The position numbers and the translations under genes are program-made. A model generated the notes under the pieces. The model did not search any database and was not told the origin of the DNA. It worked only from the letters and a program-made list of their open reading frames with translations. Source: the human T2T-CHM13v2.0 reference genome, Homo sapiens. From it: a DNA stretch of 64,000 nucleotides. The first letter of the stretch is position 1. Every line of letters begins with the position of its first letter. Positions 62,045 through 64,000 of this stretch are shown here, piece by piece. The stretch lies in NCBI RefSeq assembly GCF_009914755.1, contig NC_060927.1, one strand, 5' to 3'.

Positions 62045-62535
62045 TAGTATGGTGGTTAAGAGTCCAGACTTAAGGAAAAAAAAAGACTTTGTCTAAAGGA
62101 AAATCACAACATGTACAAAAATAGGGAAGACAGTATCATGAATCCCACATACTCATCACCCAGGCAGCAATCAACTTGTAGCCAACCTTGTTTCAGCTAC
62201 ACCCCACCCACTTTCCCACAACCCACTCTGGACTATTTTGAAGCAAATTCCAGGCTTCATATAATTTCATTTATAACTATTTCAATATATGTAAGTGCAC
62301 AGACTCTAAGTTACACAGATCTGGAGTCAAATCTAGGCTCTCCCACCTACTAGCTGTAAGACCCTGGGCCACTGACTTCACTTCTTTGAGCCTGTCTTCT
62401 ATTTGCAAAATGGGGATAGTAATGCCTGCTTCACAGGACTGCAATATGAGCAAAATGAGATATGGTATCTAAAGAACTGAACCTAGCGCTGGCACACAGA
62501 AGGTAGCTAACACACGCAGCTGTGGTTATTATTAA
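62045..62535 (+). mobile_element. MIR interrupted by an antisense L1M fragment (~62090-62290)
   Basis: GGTGGTTAAGAGTCCAGACT...CTGGAGTCAAATCTAGGCTCTCCCACCTACTAGCTGT...GCAAAATGGGGATAGTAAT. Confidence 0.6.
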
Positions 62536-63559
62536 CAAACTAGCCAAACCAGAGCTACCTCTATTTAAATTATGGGGTGTCCGAACAAACGAGCCTCTTC
62601 AGTGGCAATAATGGCATCCCTGTGCCATCCACCTGTATGTATTATTAACACATCAGGACAGAACTCTGACTCTTTTCTAATGAGGCTCACAAAGAAAATA
62701 ACTGGTATCAAGTATCCCTTTATTTTAAAGAGATGCTAACCTCTCTATGCTGAACTTGTAGAGAGAGAAACTAAAAATGATTTGTAATTCATTCACTGAA
62801 TATTCACCTTCAGGAGCTTAAGAGTAAAGAGGTCCAGAAAAAATGTCCATGGATAAAGGTGGTGTGGGTGCAGGAAGGAGGTGCTTTTCTGTTACCTTAA
62901 ACCAAGAGAAAGGGGGTTTTAAGAGGCCCTAAGAGAGTACAACCTGCTTACCCTGGAAATTTTAACCGTAGATACCAACTGGAGAGTACAAAGATTGGTG
63001 TCTGGCTTCCATTAAGAAGCAGGACAGAGCAACATGGGGTGGCCAAGTGGAGGTAAGTGGTATGTCCTGCCAAAGTGAAAGGGGTCCTCCTCCCTGCCGC
63101 TGGTCACCCACCCTCAGGCAGGTCCCAGCTGGGGAAGGGAAGAATTTCTTTTGTAATGAAGTTCAAAGTGGACATTTTAAGCACTGAAATTAGACTCCTC
63201 TTGTGACTAGAAGTGGTAAAAGAACTTTTTTAAAATCTAAAGTGATAGAAAAAGTTATAGGATATATATTATAGGAGACAAATATATGATATGATATATA
63301 TAGGATATATATTCCATCCAAGAAGAAGGAAAAAAAAAGAACCCACAGAATGAGCTCAAAGGCGGAAGTGAAAGCAAAAATTAAGTTGATGTTTCTCTTC
63401 CATCCCATCCCATCCTACCCTTCTAATGGAAGTAAAGTAAGGAATACCTTCTATACATTAATAAGATGTAGACAATACACTCACTAAATTACATAAATAA
63501 CGTATGATCAAGTATTAAACTATGACTTGTCACTTCTAAAATGAATAACTCTTCTGAGT

Positions 63560-63884
<325 letters not shown>

Positions 63885-64000
63885 TTAGAAAATCTGCTTT
63901 TTCTCTTTTACTTTTATTTTTAATTGACTAACAGCAACTAAGTGATGCTCCCATGAAAAACTTTACCCATTCTTCCAAAAAGAATGGAACAGAGGCAATA

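Overview
Primate (very likely human) genomic DNA with the 3' part of SHQ1 (H/ACA RNP assembly factor) on the minus strand. It contains a 121-bp penultimate coding exon (46800-46920), a ~42-kb final intron, the last coding exon (4163-4715) and a 3' UTR built largely from transposon remnants. The rest is intronic or downstream sequence: about 30 Alu copies or fragments, a full-length SVA, L1/L2/CR1/MIR fragments, MaLR LTRs and Tigger/hAT DNA transposons. I find no evidence of a new multi-gene system. The most unusual feature is a TSD-flanked U2SURP (SR140) processed pseudogene. It fuses the N-terminal codons directly to the C-terminal third of the CDS, and its poly(A) tail begins inside the CDS. 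Other notable features are a tailless U2 snRNA retrocopy, a short putative 3' transduction behind the SVA, an unidentified 54-bp retro-insertion in a Tigger3a, L1-donated poly(A) signals and several stop-containing pseudo-exon candidates. Repeat subfamily calls and repeat boundaries were made by eye and are approximate. Gene identities rest on recalled protein and RNA sequences, not on a database search.
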